Shown piece after piece: positions 49,787 through 49,885 of a DNA stretch of 49,885 nucleotides. Positions within the stretch are counted from its first letter, which is position 1. The number at the start of each line of letters is the position of its first letter. The position numbers and the translations under genes were made by a program. The stretch comes from Planctomycetota bacterium (GTDB lineage: Bacteria > Planctomycetota > UBA1135): positions 1-49,885 of the forward strand of contig JALUVI010000074.1 in NCBI GenBank assembly GCA_027020785.1. The letters run 5' to 3'. The notes beneath the pieces were generated by a model. That model had not been told where the DNA came from. It did no database searches and saw nothing but the letters and a program-made list of their open reading frames with translations.

Positions 49787-49885
49787 GCCTGCCCGCCGAC
49801 CTCCACGCGCTGGCCGAGACCGACGACGAGGGCCGGGTCCGGGTGCTGGCGCCGCGCCCGGGGCTCTGGGTGGACGCGCCGGACG
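49783..49885 (+). CDS. Partial CDS, possibly a biotin carboxyl carrier (biotinyl-domain) protein
   Basis: GTG overlaps the previous stop (GTGA); open to the window end; VLAPRPGLW resembles the start of a biotinyl domain. The biotinylated Lys is not visible. Confidence 0.45.

Overview
Very GC-rich, gene-dense bacterial chromosomal window of mostly housekeeping and envelope genes. The gene repertoire (FG-GAP/VCBS propeller protein, carboxypeptidase-regulatory-like repeat proteins, DUF1579, HEAT-like protein, kdsA and LPS-core enzymes) suggests a diderm, probably Planctomycetota (inference). About 41 complete CDS plus one partial: valS, DAG-kinase family, kdsA, carA, NatAB-like ABC exporter, pepP, DUF481 barrel, SAM methyltransferase, an Opp/Dpp-type ABC importer lacking ATPases, a FliA/WhiG-type sigma factor, ybeY-phoH-cdsA-uppS-purA, MBL hydrolase, mscS, DUF2891, FMN glutamate-synthase family, Hsp20, saccharopine-dehydrogenase family, enoyl-CoA hydratase, HMG-CoA lyase, TerC, GT4 plus LPS kinase, two tandem glutamate dehydrogenases, M28-PDZ peptidase, EamA, and a split biotin-dependent carboxylase. 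No rRNA, tRNA, CRISPR array, transposase or integrase was seen. Most notable observations: (1) two diverged copies of a ~240-250 bp non-coding element with shared terminal inverted repeats, whose core appears flipped relative to its subterminal arms; (2) a GDH pair whose second gene has lost active-site lysines, likely a regulatory pseudoenzyme subunit; (3) a frameshifted relic of a Cys-rich C-terminal domain upstream of the FG-GAP gene, next to an AT-rich perfect palindrome; (4) a sigma-54-type promoter before hsp20; (5) atypical short signal peptides ending in Gln, and repeated leaderless-type -10 boxes. All start codons and alignments were worked out by hand.
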